Virus record (IMG/VR): IMGVR_UViG_3300017548_000080
Coordinates: 1 to 42,443 of that record
DNA length: 42,443 bases
Reading direction: 5' to 3' (one strand)
Source: a virus
Taxonomy: Duplodnaviria > Caudoviricetes
The translations under genes and the position numbers were made by a program. Below are positions 28,449 to 36,575 of the stretch, piece by piece (positions within the stretch are counted from its first letter, which is position 1; each line of letters begins with the position of its first letter). Under the pieces are notes generated by a model, which saw nothing but the letters and a program-made list of their open reading frames with translations, searched no databases and was not told the DNA's origin.

Positions 28449-29008
28449 GTGTAGAAATCGGCCCGCAGCGCCTTCCAGCGCGCAAGCGCATCACGGTTTT
28501 CATTGATCCCGCGCCGCGAGGACACGCCGAGCAGGCCGCGCAGCTTCTGCGCCGCACGCTCGTCAGAGGCCGGGCTTTCCAGCCCGTGCCGCTCCATCAG
28601 GAAGCGCTTGAAGGCCGGCACGGCACAGAGCATGGCGGCCTCGGCCGCATGGTTCTTCCCGTCATGCCGCGCGGAAGCCTGCGCATCCGCCTGCCTGCTG
28701 TTCGGCTCGGGTGGCGCCAGCGCCTTCACCCGCGCCGCGCAGCGGTCGAGCAGCGACAGCAGGAAGCGCATGTCCTGCGGCGCATAGGCGGCGAGCTGCA
28801 TGTCATCGGTGGTGGCAAGCTGGGTGAAATCGGCGATGCCGACCATGTCGTCCGGCGTGCGGGCAAAGATCCGCATGCGCCCGTCCTCGGCCGCGAGCGT
28901 CCAGTCCGCGCCATCCAGCGCGGCGAGCCGGGCGCGGATGCCGGCAAGGTGCCTCGCCTCCTGCGCCCTATCCACGACCGCCTCCCGGCGCATATCCCAG
29001 GTCGCCAA
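28424..29008 (-). CDS. hypothetical phage protein (start uncertain)
   Basis: In-operon ORF; C-terminal AAMLC..PAF.RFL...A..LR..LGVSSR segment seen in alphaproteobacterial phage proteins. Confidence 0.55.
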   Translation of the reverse strand: MATWDMRREAVVDRAQEARHLAGIRARLAALDGADWTLAAEDGRMRIFARTPDDMVGIADFTQLATTDDMQLAAYAPQDMRFLLSLLDRCAARVKALAPPEPNSRQADAQASARHDGKNHAAEAAMLCAVPAFKRFLMERHGLESPASDERAAQKLRGLLGVSSRRGINENRDALARWKALRADFYTWKGREVV

Positions 29009-29507
29009 GATCGGCCGCCACCGCGAGTCCCTGCGGCGTCAGCCGGCAGATGCGCGGCTGGTTGGCATGGCCGGCCGGGGCGAGATTGAGGAGCAAGCCA
29101 CGCTCGGCGAGCGCATCCATTGCGCTGAGTATGCCGGCATGCGAGCCGCCGCCGCAAAGCCGCGCCAGAGCCCGCGCAGACAATTGCACCACGCCATCGG
29201 CATCGGCATGCAGCGCCAAGACATAGAGCACGGCACAGCGCAGTGACGTAAGCCCGTGCCGCGCTGGAGTGCGCCCCGAAAACTGCGTTGGGTCCGCTCC
29301 GTCGAGCACGCTGTCGACCATGCCATCGCGCAAGAGCACCGTCAGCAGCGCTGCCGCCAGGGCCTGCGGCCGCACCGCCAGATCGTCGGCGGCAAGACGA
29401 AGCTGGGCGGCGGCCATGCCAGAAAGCGACAGATGGACGGCACCGCCGTGTGACGCCGATAGGCGACGCTGGCTATCAGGACGGAGAGTTTCGGTTGCCG
29501 CGCTCAT
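28968..29507 (-). CDS. putative winged-HTH DNA-binding protein
   Basis: ATG at 29507 overlaps the upstream stop (ATGA); LSARALARLCG...AMDALAERGLL...CRLT wHTH pattern. Confidence 0.55.
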   Translation of the reverse strand: MSAATETLRPDSQRRLSASHGGAVHLSLSGMAAAQLRLAADDLAVRPQALAAALLTVLLRDGMVDSVLDGADPTQFSGRTPARHGLTSLRCAVLYVLALHADADGVVQLSARALARLCGGGSHAGILSAMDALAERGLLLNLAPAGHANQPRICRLTPQGLAVAADLGDLGYAPGGGRG

Positions 29508-29731
29508 GGCGAACCCTCGCCCTGGGCGCGACGCCGGCGGTCTATCTCCTGCCGGATGTAGAAAGCCGCCTTCTCCAGATCCTCCAGCGCGTTGTCGTGC
29601 TTGAGATCGGCGCGCCAGATGTATTTCACCGCGTTGCCGAGGCAGAAATTCATGTGCTCGACGATCGCGATGCACTCCACGCCGGAGGGATGGGAGGTGT
29701 AGTGCCGGGGGTGGTTGACCGGATCGCTCAA
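29504..29731 (-). CDS. DUF3310 (SaV-like) protein
   Basis: DPVNHPRHY...ECI...FCLGNAVKYIWRA..K...EDLEKA.FY signature. Confidence 0.88.
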   Translation of the reverse strand: MSDPVNHPRHYTSHPSGVECIAIVEHMNFCLGNAVKYIWRADLKHDNALEDLEKAAFYIRQEIDRRRRAQGEGSP

Positions 29732-30027
29732 CGCTCCGCCCTCCCCGTCTCACGGGAAACAGGCGCTGTAACAGCCTGATCCAGAATGGTTTTCATCGTC
29801 ACGCGGCGTGCATGTTCGCGCACGAGAAAGGCGAACGGATCGAGCCCGGCCATCTCGCACAGGAGCAACACATTGCCGGCCGAGAGCGGCTTGCCCGCCA
29901 CGGCGCGCGAGAGCATGGCACGGTCTGTATCCGGCCACTTCTCGGTGGCGCGGGTGAAGGAATAGCCGAGCTGCTCAAGCCGGGCATGCAGCGCGTCGCC
30001 GAACTGGTCGAAGCGGAAGTCAGCCAT
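29728..30027 (-). CDS. hypothetical HTH-like protein
   Basis: Start MADFRF at 30027 (GGAGGG RBS); DRAMLSRAVAGKPLSAGNVLLLC; GTGA overlap with the next gene. Confidence 0.55.
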   Translation of the reverse strand: MADFRFDQFGDALHARLEQLGYSFTRATEKWPDTDRAMLSRAVAGKPLSAGNVLLLCEMAGLDPFAFLVREHARRVTMKTILDQAVTAPVSRETGRAER

Positions 30028-30178
30028 CACCGCCCTCCAGCCTTCGCCGCAATTCCGCCTGCAAGGCGGCAAACTGAGCCGGCGTGTCGTCGGCCGGTAG
30101 TGCTGGCCTCGGCCGTCGCCGGAACAGCGCCAGCAGGAAGAAGCCGAAGGCGGTGAGCGGATCGCGGAAGCTCGTCAT
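30020..30178 (-). CDS. small hypothetical protein (52 aa, not in ORF track)
   Basis: ATG at 30178 overlaps the upstream stop (ATGA); MTSFRDPLTAFGFFLLALFRRR...; fills the gap between operon genes. Confidence 0.5.
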   Translation of the reverse strand: MTSFRDPLTAFGFFLLALFRRRPRPALPADDTPAQFAALQAELRRRLEGGDG

Positions 30179-31596
30179 GCGGCAAGCCCCGTCTTTTCAG
30201 TGAATGCCTTCGCGATCGCCGCCTTCGCGGCTTCGATCGTTCGCGCCTTCTTGTGAGGTCCGCTCACGCTTCCAAGCCAGAACGACCAGGTGCAGCCCTT
30301 CTCCGCTGGAAACACCGCGCCGACCTCGACTGAGCCGAGCTTGGCGACGATCCTGCCGCCAGCCCGAGGCTCATCCCACACGAGGCATGCGGCCGGAGCC
30401 GTGGAGGGAGGAGGTTCCACGGCCCCGGCCTGATCCGCCTGCCGCAGGGAGGAGGTTGCAGCAGGCGGGGTCTCGTCATCGGTGAGCGGCGGCAGCGCGG
30501 GCGCCGCCTCAAAGTCCTTCCAGTCGACGCGCTGCACCTCGAAGGCGCCGGCATAGGCGCCCGCCGCATCGCGCTCCCAGATGAACCACGCCGCGTTCAT
30601 GCGGCTGGAGGCTTCCGGCCCGTCCCAGCCGTCGCGGTGCATCATCGGCAGGCGGCGGGTGAAGACGAGCACGCGCGCCGGACGACACTCGTCGAGCGCG
30701 AAGCATCGGTCCTGATCGTCAAACCCGGCGAGGAAGTTGAGGTTGAGCAACAGCGCCATCTTGCGCGGCCGGTGCTCGCGCAGCGCATGCGCCACATAGG
30801 CGTTGAGCACGCCGCCATAGGGCGGATTGGTGACGATGTCGAAATCCGGCGCGGCCGGGCTTGCGCGGCCGGCGAGGAAGTCGCTGACGCCCTGCACTTC
30901 GCCATGCCGCGTCGCCGTGCCGTAGTCGACGAGATCGGAGATCGCCACGTCGTAGCCGGCGTCCTCCAGCGGTCGCATGATCGCGCCACGCCCCACCGAC
31001 GGCTCCCATATGCGCGCGCAGAAGCGCTCCCGCGCCAGCAGCATGCGCATCGCCTCGATCGGCGTCTCGTAGAGATTGTGCCCCCGCTCCTCCTTCGTGG
31101 CGCTGGCGGTGCCGACAGCGGCGCGCAGATTAGAGCGCGAAGGCTCCAGACCGGCGGCAATCCGCGCCGCAATGGCGCGCTCGACGATGCCGGGCGCCCG
31201 CGCCTCGGCCGCCGCCAGCTTGCGCGCCTCGTGGATTTCCTTCGACGACAGGCCGATCTCCTCGACCGTCGCCGAAGTATTCCCGTCGGGAAGACTTTTC
31301 GGGCGGCCCTTGGCAACCTCGCCGCGCGCCTGCGCGGCGTCATATTCGGCCGCGATCCGTATCTTGGCGCGGGCTTCGATCAGCAGCGCATCGCCCTGAA
31401 GCCGCCGCGCCTTCGCTACCAGCCGGTCGGCTGCGCCGAACCGTGCAGCCAGATGCGCCGCGCCCTTGGCCTGTTCATAGGCGCCCGCCGCCAGCAACCG
31501 TGCGGCGATCACGTCGCCCTCGTCCAGCAGCGCGCGCGCCCGCTCGACCATTTCAGGCAGGCCGGAAGCATCGGCTGTGACGACGGCGTCGCTCAT
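30175..31596 (-). CDS. amino (N6A/N4C)-type SAM-dependent DNA methyltransferase-like protein with N- and C-terminal extensions
   Basis: LYETP, IWEPSVGRG (SAM binding), IVTNPPY (motif IV), ALLLNLNFL, AWFIW; start MSDAVV at 31596. Confidence 0.8.
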   Translation of the reverse strand: MSDAVVTADASGLPEMVERARALLDEGDVIAARLLAAGAYEQAKGAAHLAARFGAADRLVAKARRLQGDALLIEARAKIRIAAEYDAAQARGEVAKGRPKSLPDGNTSATVEEIGLSSKEIHEARKLAAAEARAPGIVERAIAARIAAGLEPSRSNLRAAVGTASATKEERGHNLYETPIEAMRMLLARERFCARIWEPSVGRGAIMRPLEDAGYDVAISDLVDYGTATRHGEVQGVSDFLAGRASPAAPDFDIVTNPPYGGVLNAYVAHALREHRPRKMALLLNLNFLAGFDDQDRCFALDECRPARVLVFTRRLPMMHRDGWDGPEASSRMNAAWFIWERDAAGAYAGAFEVQRVDWKDFEAAPALPPLTDDETPPAATSSLRQADQAGAVEPPPSTAPAACLVWDEPRAGGRIVAKLGSVEVGAVFPAEKGCTWSFWLGSVSGPHKKARTIEAAKAAIAKAFTEKTGLAA

Positions 31597-31697
31597 CCCC
31601 ACACTCCCAGGGCATAGGCGCCGGCCAGGTTCACCGCGACGAGCAGCAGCCCGAGCGCGAGACCGGCGGCGAATGAATGGTTCGGGCGGCGGGTCAC
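31593..31697 (-). CDS. small membrane peptide (34 aa)
   Basis: GTG at 31697 overlaps the upstream TGA; MTRRPNHSFAAGLALGLLLVAVNLAGAYALGVWG; ATGA overlap with the MTase start. Confidence 0.45.
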   Translation of the reverse strand: MTRRPNHSFAAGLALGLLLVAVNLAGAYALGVWG

Positions 31698-32000
31698 TGC
31701 GCCTGCTCCCCGTATCGGTCGGCCACCACCGCGCCGACGACCTCCTCTACCCAGTCCTCGCGCCACCACTTGGCGGCGCGGGCATTGGCGAGGATCGGGC
31801 TGACATTGGCCGGCGTGGCAAGCCCGCAGCAGCGCGCGATGCCCACGCGCCGCGCCTCCGGAAACGCCTTCCATCAGCGCGGCCATCGCCACGGCGCGCG
31901 CCCGCGACGGTTGTCGCATGCATGTCGCGATGGGCAGGTCGCCCGTCAGGCGGCAGGCGGCCACGATTGCCGTGGCGATCTGGTCGGCCGAGGGAAACAT
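31694..32000 (-). pseudogene. hypothetical gene with +1 frameshift near 31869 (or sequencing error)
   Basis: ATG GAA G GCG TTT: removing one base gives MFPSADQ...LMEAFPEARRVGIARCCG...KWWREDWVEEVVGAVVADRYGEQAQ*, whose stop overlaps the next GTG; span is 307 nt (3n+1). Confidence 0.6.
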
Positions 32001-32003
32001 CGC

Positions 32004-32510
32004 TCACGTCCCCGACACCACGCGCAGGCCCTCGCCGGTCCCGAAGGCGGCAAGGCGGCTGTCGATGTCGGCGCGGATGCGCTCCACCTTGCGCGACATG
32101 TCGCGCAGGATCTGCGCCTCGGCCGGCGTCACGATGCCGTCCGCCTTGGCGCGCACCGTCTCCACCATCATGTTGCCGGCCGCCTCGACGAGATCGGCAT
32201 TGAGCGCCGAGAGGCAGGCCGCCATGTCGTCGCGCGCGCTCGCGCCGGACACTTCCAGCCCGAGAAATTCGTTCATCACGGCGGTCACGATCGGCCGCCC
32301 GACATAGCCCTCCATCGCCATCACGACGGGCGTCGGCATGTCGTCGCGGTCCACCCCGCCATACCAGCGCCCCACCTGGCTGCGCGAGATGGAGAACTTC
32401 TCCACCACGCGCTTGCAGCCGCCATAGGCGTCGATCAGGTCGGTCTGCGCCGCATGCAGGCGAAGCTGCCAGCGCGGCGTGAACTCGCGGGGTTCGGACA
32501 TGGCATCCAT
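32004..32510 (-). CDS. CII-like phage regulatory protein (putative)
   Basis: Downstream of cro; LIDAYGG...SRSQVGRW HTH-like N-terminus and ADGIVTPAEA C-terminal motif. Confidence 0.55.
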   Translation of the reverse strand: MDAMSEPREFTPRWQLRLHAAQTDLIDAYGGCKRVVEKFSISRSQVGRWYGGVDRDDMPTPVVMAMEGYVGRPIVTAVMNEFLGLEVSGASARDDMAACLSALNADLVEAAGNMMVETVRAKADGIVTPAEAQILRDMSRKVERIRADIDSRLAAFGTGEGLRVVSGT

Positions 32511-32711
32511 GGGTCGGCCTCCTCTCGGCGCAAAAGCATTCCCGCGCCGGGAAATCCCGGCGTCGTTTCCCGTGGCGGGAAAGGCTGGATCGATTCACAA
32601 AGCGGGCATGAAAACCCGCGAACACATCACATCAGGGCGGCGCCTGCGGCAGCGGGAGGAGACCCGATGGCATCCCCTCCCGCCCCATGCTGGGCTCGCA
32701 GGTTGTGGCAC

Positions 32712-32786
32712 TGGTTGCAGGGGCCGGACTCGCACCGGCGATCTCATGGTTATGAGCCATGCGATATGCTGCTTCTCCACCCTGCA
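32712..32786 (-). tRNA. phage-borne tRNA(CAT) (Met or Ile2), non-canonical D- and T-loops
   Basis: TGCAGGG TG GAGA AGCAGCA TATC G CATGG CTCATAA CCATG AGATC GCCGG TGCGAGT CCGGC CCCTGCA A CCA: perfect acceptor, anticodon and T stems with encoded CCA. Confidence 0.8.
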
Positions 32787-32960
32787 CGAAACGGTTCCCT
32801 GCCGCGCGCTCGAACGGCGGCAGGTCGGTGAGGTCGTCACCATCGAAGGAAAATGCCGGCGCGGCCTTGAGGGGGGTCTGGAGCGCCGCGCCGGCAGGTG
32901 CCGCACCAGACGACGCGGTACGGTGGGGGGAGTTCTGGGAATACGACTCGCGGAAGCCGG

Positions 32961-33155
32961 TCATTCTGCGGCCTCCAATCCGTTCATCCTATCGCGAAGC
33001 TGCCGCAGCAGTACGAGGGCGGGCCCCTTCGCCGGGGGCTCCTGTTCCCAGCGCGAAACGGTCGAGCGGTCGGTGCAGCAATGCTCCGCGAGCTGCTGCT
33101 GGGTCCATCCTAGGCGCTCGCGCAGAGCCCGTACATCAATGCGGTCATCTTCCAT
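32961..33155 (-). CDS. cro: Cro-like XRE HTH protein
   Basis: VRALRERLGWTQQQLAEHCCTDRSTVSRWE; divergent from cI; start MEDDR at 33155. Confidence 0.85.
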   Translation of the reverse strand: MEDDRIDVRALRERLGWTQQQLAEHCCTDRSTVSRWEQEPPAKGPALVLLRQLRDRMNGLEAAE

Positions 33156-33165
33156 GCCGGCTATG

Positions 33166-33227
33166 TGTGAGAAAGACACACCGAGTTGTCAAGCAGAAAC
33201 CCACACCAAAAGTGTGAAAAACTAACA
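33166..33227. promoter_or_regulatory. cI/cro operator-promoter region: TGTG-N7-CACA operators and leftward TTGACA -35
   Basis: TGTGAGAAAGACACA (33166-33180), half-site ending CACA (33191-33205), TGTGAAAAACTAACA (33213-33227); minus-strand TTGACA at 33187-33192. Confidence 0.7.
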
Positions 33228-33229
33228 TC

Positions 33230-33904
33230 ATGGATATTTCACGCATCGATGAGCAGGCGGCGCGCCTCAGGCAGGCACGTGAAAAGGCTGGCTTTCCGAC
33301 CGCTAAAGCAGCCGCGGAGCGCTTTGGCTTCAACTACACCACATATTCGCAGCACGAGCGCGGACAGACGGGAATCACTAGGGCTGCAAAGTCCTATGCC
33401 AAAGCCTTCAAAGTGAGCGAGGCATGGCTGCTCACTGGCGAAGGTGACGGAAGGACGACTTCTGTCCCAATCATGGGATATCTGGGAGCTGGCGCCGAGG
33501 TGGAACCGGAATGGGAACAGGTACCACCCGAAGGGTTGGACCAGATCGATATCCCCTTTCCCATGCCGCCCGACATGATCGCTTTCGTCGTGCGCGGCGA
33601 TTCGATGCTTCCTGTCTACAAGGACGGCCACGTTATAGTCGTCTATCGCGAGCAGAAGCGACCGCTTGAATCATTCTATGGTGAAGATGCCGCCGTTCGT
33701 ACCGAGGACGGTCGCCGCTTCATCAAGACGATCATGCGTGGCGCGCCAGGCACCGTCACCCTTTCGTCTTTCAACTCCGCTCCTATAGAAAACGTCACCC
33801 TCGCGTGGATCGGGGAGATATTTGCTGCCTTCCCGCGAGCCCAGATGAACCGGGTTGGAAAGCAAGGCGGCTTGCAGGGCCGACTACGTCTCAAAGCGTC
33901 ATAA
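33230..33904 (+). CDS. cI: CI-like repressor (XRE HTH plus S24 autopeptidase)
   Basis: RLRQAREKAGF...YSQHERG..AKAFKVSEAWLLTGEG; VRGDSMLP (Ser) and FIKT (Lys) of the S24 domain. Confidence 0.93.
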   Translation: MDISRIDEQAARLRQAREKAGFPTAKAAAERFGFNYTTYSQHERGQTGITRAAKSYAKAFKVSEAWLLTGEGDGRTTSVPIMGYLGAGAEVEPEWEQVPPEGLDQIDIPFPMPPDMIAFVVRGDSMLPVYKDGHVIVVYREQKRPLESFYGEDAAVRTEDGRRFIKTIMRGAPGTVTLSSFNSAPIENVTLAWIGEIFAAFPRAQMNRVGKQGGLQGRLRLKAS

Positions 33905-33958
33905 TGTGATTTTCTCACATTTCTAGTTGACATGGATGTGAGTAAGGCACATTAACTC
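33905..33958 (+). promoter_or_regulatory. rightward early promoter flanked by two TGTG-N7-CACA operators
   Basis: TGTGATTTTCTCACA (33905-33919) and TGTGAGTAAGGCACA (33937-33951) bracket a perfect TTGACA (33927-33932); same motif as the cI-cro gap. Confidence 0.75.
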
Positions 33959-33991
33959 ACTCCATCGCAATCCCGCGATGGAGTGAAACCC

Positions 33992-34231
33992 ATGATCCGC
34001 AGCCAGTACACCGTCACGCCGCGCCGTGACGGCGCCACCTACGCCCCGCCGCCGGCAGAGCCGCTCCTCGAGCGCATGACGGCGAAGATCGTCGAGCTCG
34101 GCATGAACGGCACTGCCGTCACCGCCGACGCACTGTTCGAAAACTCCGACTTCACGCGCGACGAGATCCGGACGCATGCGGCCGAGGCCGCCGACCTCGC
34201 CCGCGCCCGCGCCGTCCGCCAGTTGGCATAG
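33992..34231 (+). CDS. hypothetical early protein
   Basis: GGAG RBS; first ORF after the early promoter (ATG 33992, or GTG 33983). Confidence 0.6.
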   Translation: MIRSQYTVTPRRDGATYAPPPAEPLLERMTAKIVELGMNGTAVTADALFENSDFTRDEIRTHAAEAADLARARAVRQLA

Positions 34232-34236
34232 CGGCA

Positions 34237-34776
34237 ATGAGCACCCTTGGTGTCATCATCTTTCTGCTGGCATTTCCCGTCGCGCTCGGCGCGTTCGCTA
34301 TCCTCGATCGCTGGCATCAGCGCAGAGCATGGCGCTGGGCGACGCGCATCGCGAGCGAAATCGAACACGCGCGGCAAGCGCTCGAGCGTGGTGAAGGTCT
34401 GGTCGTGCTCCCCGAAGGGCTGAGCTTTCAACCGCTAGAGCATCAGAATGCGGGCGAGTCCCCAGATGCAGAGGCCGAGTCCGACAACATCGAGCGCCAG
34501 CCCGAACGGCTTCGAACTACGCTTCCGGCCGCTGATGACCCCGGTAGTCAATCCGTCCCGAACCAGAGTCGTGCGGAACGGATGGTTGATGAACTCGCCA
34601 ATGCCGAAAAGCAGCAGGCCGGTTGCGAAGGTGAGCGCGGGCCCGTTCTGGACGGTGATCGCCGGCACCGCGAGCACGGCGCCGGCGGCGATGACGGCCT
34701 TGTACCACTCGTCGAGCAGCTTGAAGTCCGACAGTCCGGTCATGGCTTCCCCCGCAAATCCCGAAGCCGATCGTGA
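34237..34776 (+). CDS. hypothetical protein with N-terminal TM; 3' half runs antisense through the 34435-34743 gene
   Basis: MSTLGVIIFLLAFPVALGAFAIL...; the C-terminal part looks like read-through of an inserted antisense gene. Confidence 0.4.
   Translation: MSTLGVIIFLLAFPVALGAFAILDRWHQRRAWRWATRIASEIEHARQALERGEGLVVLPEGLSFQPLEHQNAGESPDAEAESDNIERQPERLRTTLPAADDPGSQSVPNQSRAERMVDELANAEKQQAGCEGERGPVLDGDRRHREHGAGGDDGLVPLVEQLEVRQSGHGFPRKSRSRS
34435..34743 (-). CDS. small multi-TM membrane protein (moron-like, antisense in early operon)
   Basis: GGGGAAG RBS, 102 aa, three hydrophobic segments, GIGEFINHP motif. Confidence 0.65.
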   Translation of the reverse strand: MTGLSDFKLLDEWYKAVIAAGAVLAVPAITVQNGPALTFATGLLLFGIGEFINHPFRTTLVRDGLTTGVISGRKRSSKPFGLALDVVGLGLCIWGLARILML

Positions 34777-34810
34777 AGACCGCTCACGCGGCTGTCAATT
34801 GGAGGCAGTG

Positions 34811-35047
34811 ATGCACGCCCGATCTTCCCCATCCGCAAGCATGCCCTCGGCGCCCCTCGGCCCCGGCCCCTTCTTCGACGGCGCCGCCCTGCGCGCCGCG
34901 AAAGACCGCGCCGCCGCAGGCGCGGCACTCTCCACCCCCTTCGCCGAGATCGTCATCTGGCTCGCCGTCAGCGCCTCGCTCGGCACCGCCACGATGCTGA
35001 CCATCGAGGCCCTCGCCCGCATGGGCGCAAGCTGCGGGGTGGCGTGA
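34811..35047 (+). CDS. small hypothetical membrane protein
   Basis: GGAGG RBS at 34801, ATG 34811; C-terminal hydrophobic helix; stop overlaps the next start. Confidence 0.5.
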   Translation: MHARSSPSASMPSAPLGPGPFFDGAALRAAKDRAAAGAALSTPFAEIVIWLAVSASLGTATMLTIEALARMGASCGVA

Positions 35048-35481
35048 TGGCCCGCATCTATCTTGCCTCGTCGTGGCGCAATCCGCACCAGCCATGGATG
35101 GTCGATCTTCTCAGACAGAGCGGCCACCAGGTCTATGACTTCCGCAATCCACCCCATTCGACAGGTTTCGCATGGAGCGAAATCGGGCTCGACGCGAAGT
35201 CGTGCACCGCGGCGGAATATCGGCATTCGCTGCTGACCCACCCCCGTGCTGCACAGGGCTTTAACGCGGACTTTGCAGCGATGCGTTGGGCCGACACGGG
35301 CTTGCTCGTCCTGCCTTGCGGCCGCTCCGCGCATCTTGAACTCGGGTGGATGGCGGGCGCCGGGAAGCGCACGATCATTCTTACGCAGGACGGCGAGGAG
35401 CCGGAACTGATGGCCCTCCTAGCCGACAGGATCTGCATCAGCCCCGACGAGGTCCTGCAAGAGTTGCGGGCGCAGCCATGA
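35047..35481 (+). CDS. nucleoside 2-deoxyribosyltransferase-like protein
   Basis: RIYLASSW, D..AMRWAD..LLVLP.GRSAHLELGW..G.GK pattern of the NDT/Rcl fold. Confidence 0.65.
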   Translation: MARIYLASSWRNPHQPWMVDLLRQSGHQVYDFRNPPHSTGFAWSEIGLDAKSCTAAEYRHSLLTHPRAAQGFNADFAAMRWADTGLLVLPCGRSAHLELGWMAGAGKRTIILTQDGEEPELMALLADRICISPDEVLQELRAQP

Positions 35482-35687
35482 GCCCCCGCCTCAACCGCCC
35501 CGCCTCGCGCGAGCCCCTGCCCGCGCGTGAACCGCTCGACTACCTGCTCGACCTCGACCGCTATGGCCCGCCGCAGCGCAAGCCGCGGCGCTGGGCCGAG
35601 CGTATCCTTGTCGCCTGCCTCCTGTTCCTCGGCACAGCCGCCTGCTGGCTGTCGCTGCTCCACCCCCTGAAAGGACTTCTGCCATGA
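35478..35687 (+). CDS. small single-TM protein coupled to DGR target 1
   Basis: ATGA overlaps at both ends; 69 aa ending RILVACLLFLGTAACWLSLLHPLKGLLP. Confidence 0.55.
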   Translation: MSPRLNRPASREPLPAREPLDYLLDLDRYGPPQRKPRRWAERILVACLLFLGTAACWLSLLHPLKGLLP

Positions 35688-36556
35688 ACGCAGTCACCAG
35701 GCCGCCGCTCGCCATCGCCCGCGCCATCGCTGCCCTGCCCGTCTTCCGCGTCGAGGGCCGCGACCAGCTTTTCATCCGCGCCGGCACCACGATCGGCGAA
35801 ACCGCCTTCCGCGACGAGACACCCGTCGACCTACCAGAGCTCGTGGCCGGCGCCGATTATGCCGTGACGCTCGACGCCGGCAAGCCGTCGGCCCGGATCG
35901 CCCCGGATGCCGCGCCCGAAAACACCGTCGGCGGTTTCCATTTCGCGCCGGGCGGCGGCGCCGACGGCACGAAGGGCGGTGACGATGTCCCGGCGATCAA
36001 TCCCTTCTCCTGCTGGGATGCGGGCTTCCGTCCCGCCTGCCCCGACCCGCGCGGCATGGCGCTGGTCGCCGGCCGCTTCTGGTGCGACATCTATCTCACA
36101 GCGGCGGTTCATGCCGGTGGCACCAGTCGTTTCAACACCACGATCGCCGACGGCAACGACACACCGCAGAAGATCGCCGGCGGCGAATATGCACGCTTCG
36201 ACTTCGAGACCGCCAGGGTGGTGCTCGCCGCCCACGGCAAGCAGCTTCTGACCGCCGAGGAGTTCTTTGCCGCCGCCTATGGCGTCACCGAACGCAGCGC
36301 AGCCGGACGCGATCCGAAGGTGACCGGCCTGGACGCGCCGCGCACCAGCCGATGGGGCATCATGCAGGCCACCGGCAACATGTGGACATGGGGAACCGAC
36401 GGCCATCCCGACGACCCACGCGCTTCCATCTTCGGCGGCTCCTGGCTGCCCGTCGGCTTCGCCGGCTCGCGGCGGGCGTACCTCGGCTTCTGGCCGGAGA
36501 GCTCGGACGGCGATTTCGGCGCGCGCGGCCGCAGTGACCACCTGACGCTTGCCTAG
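35684..36556 (+). CDS. DGR target protein 1, Mtd-like with C-terminal CLec-fold variable region
   Basis: GGFHFAPG, INPFSCWD..FRP..PDPRGMALVAGRFWCDIYL, ASIFGGSW...GSR...GARGRSDHL resemble BPP-1 Mtd as recalled; VR1 at the 3' end. Confidence 0.92.
   Translation: MNAVTRPPLAIARAIAALPVFRVEGRDQLFIRAGTTIGETAFRDETPVDLPELVAGADYAVTLDAGKPSARIAPDAAPENTVGGFHFAPGGGADGTKGGDDVPAINPFSCWDAGFRPACPDPRGMALVAGRFWCDIYLTAAVHAGGTSRFNTTIADGNDTPQKIAGGEYARFDFETARVVLAAHGKQLLTAEEFFAAAYGVTERSAAGRDPKVTGLDAPRTSRWGIMQATGNMWTWGTDGHPDDPRASIFGGSWLPVGFAGSRRAYLGFWPESSDGDFGARGRSDHLTLA
36420..36538 (+). repeat. DGR variable repeat VR1
   Basis: 119 nt colinear with TR; 14 mismatches, all opposite TR adenines (e.g. AAC>CCC, AAC>TTC, GAC>GTC, CAG>CGG). 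Confidence 0.97.
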
Positions 36557-36575
36557 CCTGCGCGAAAGCGCAGGC
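36556..36575 (+). other. post-IMH hairpin/cruciform of target 1
   Basis: GCCTGCGC-GAAA-GCGCAGGC, perfect 8-bp stem starting at the stop codon. Confidence 0.88.

Noticed and set aside
32712-32786. tRNA(CAT) as an att-site remnant
   Set aside because: It is full length, internal to the cro operon and unrelated in sequence to the tRNA-Gly next to the integrase.
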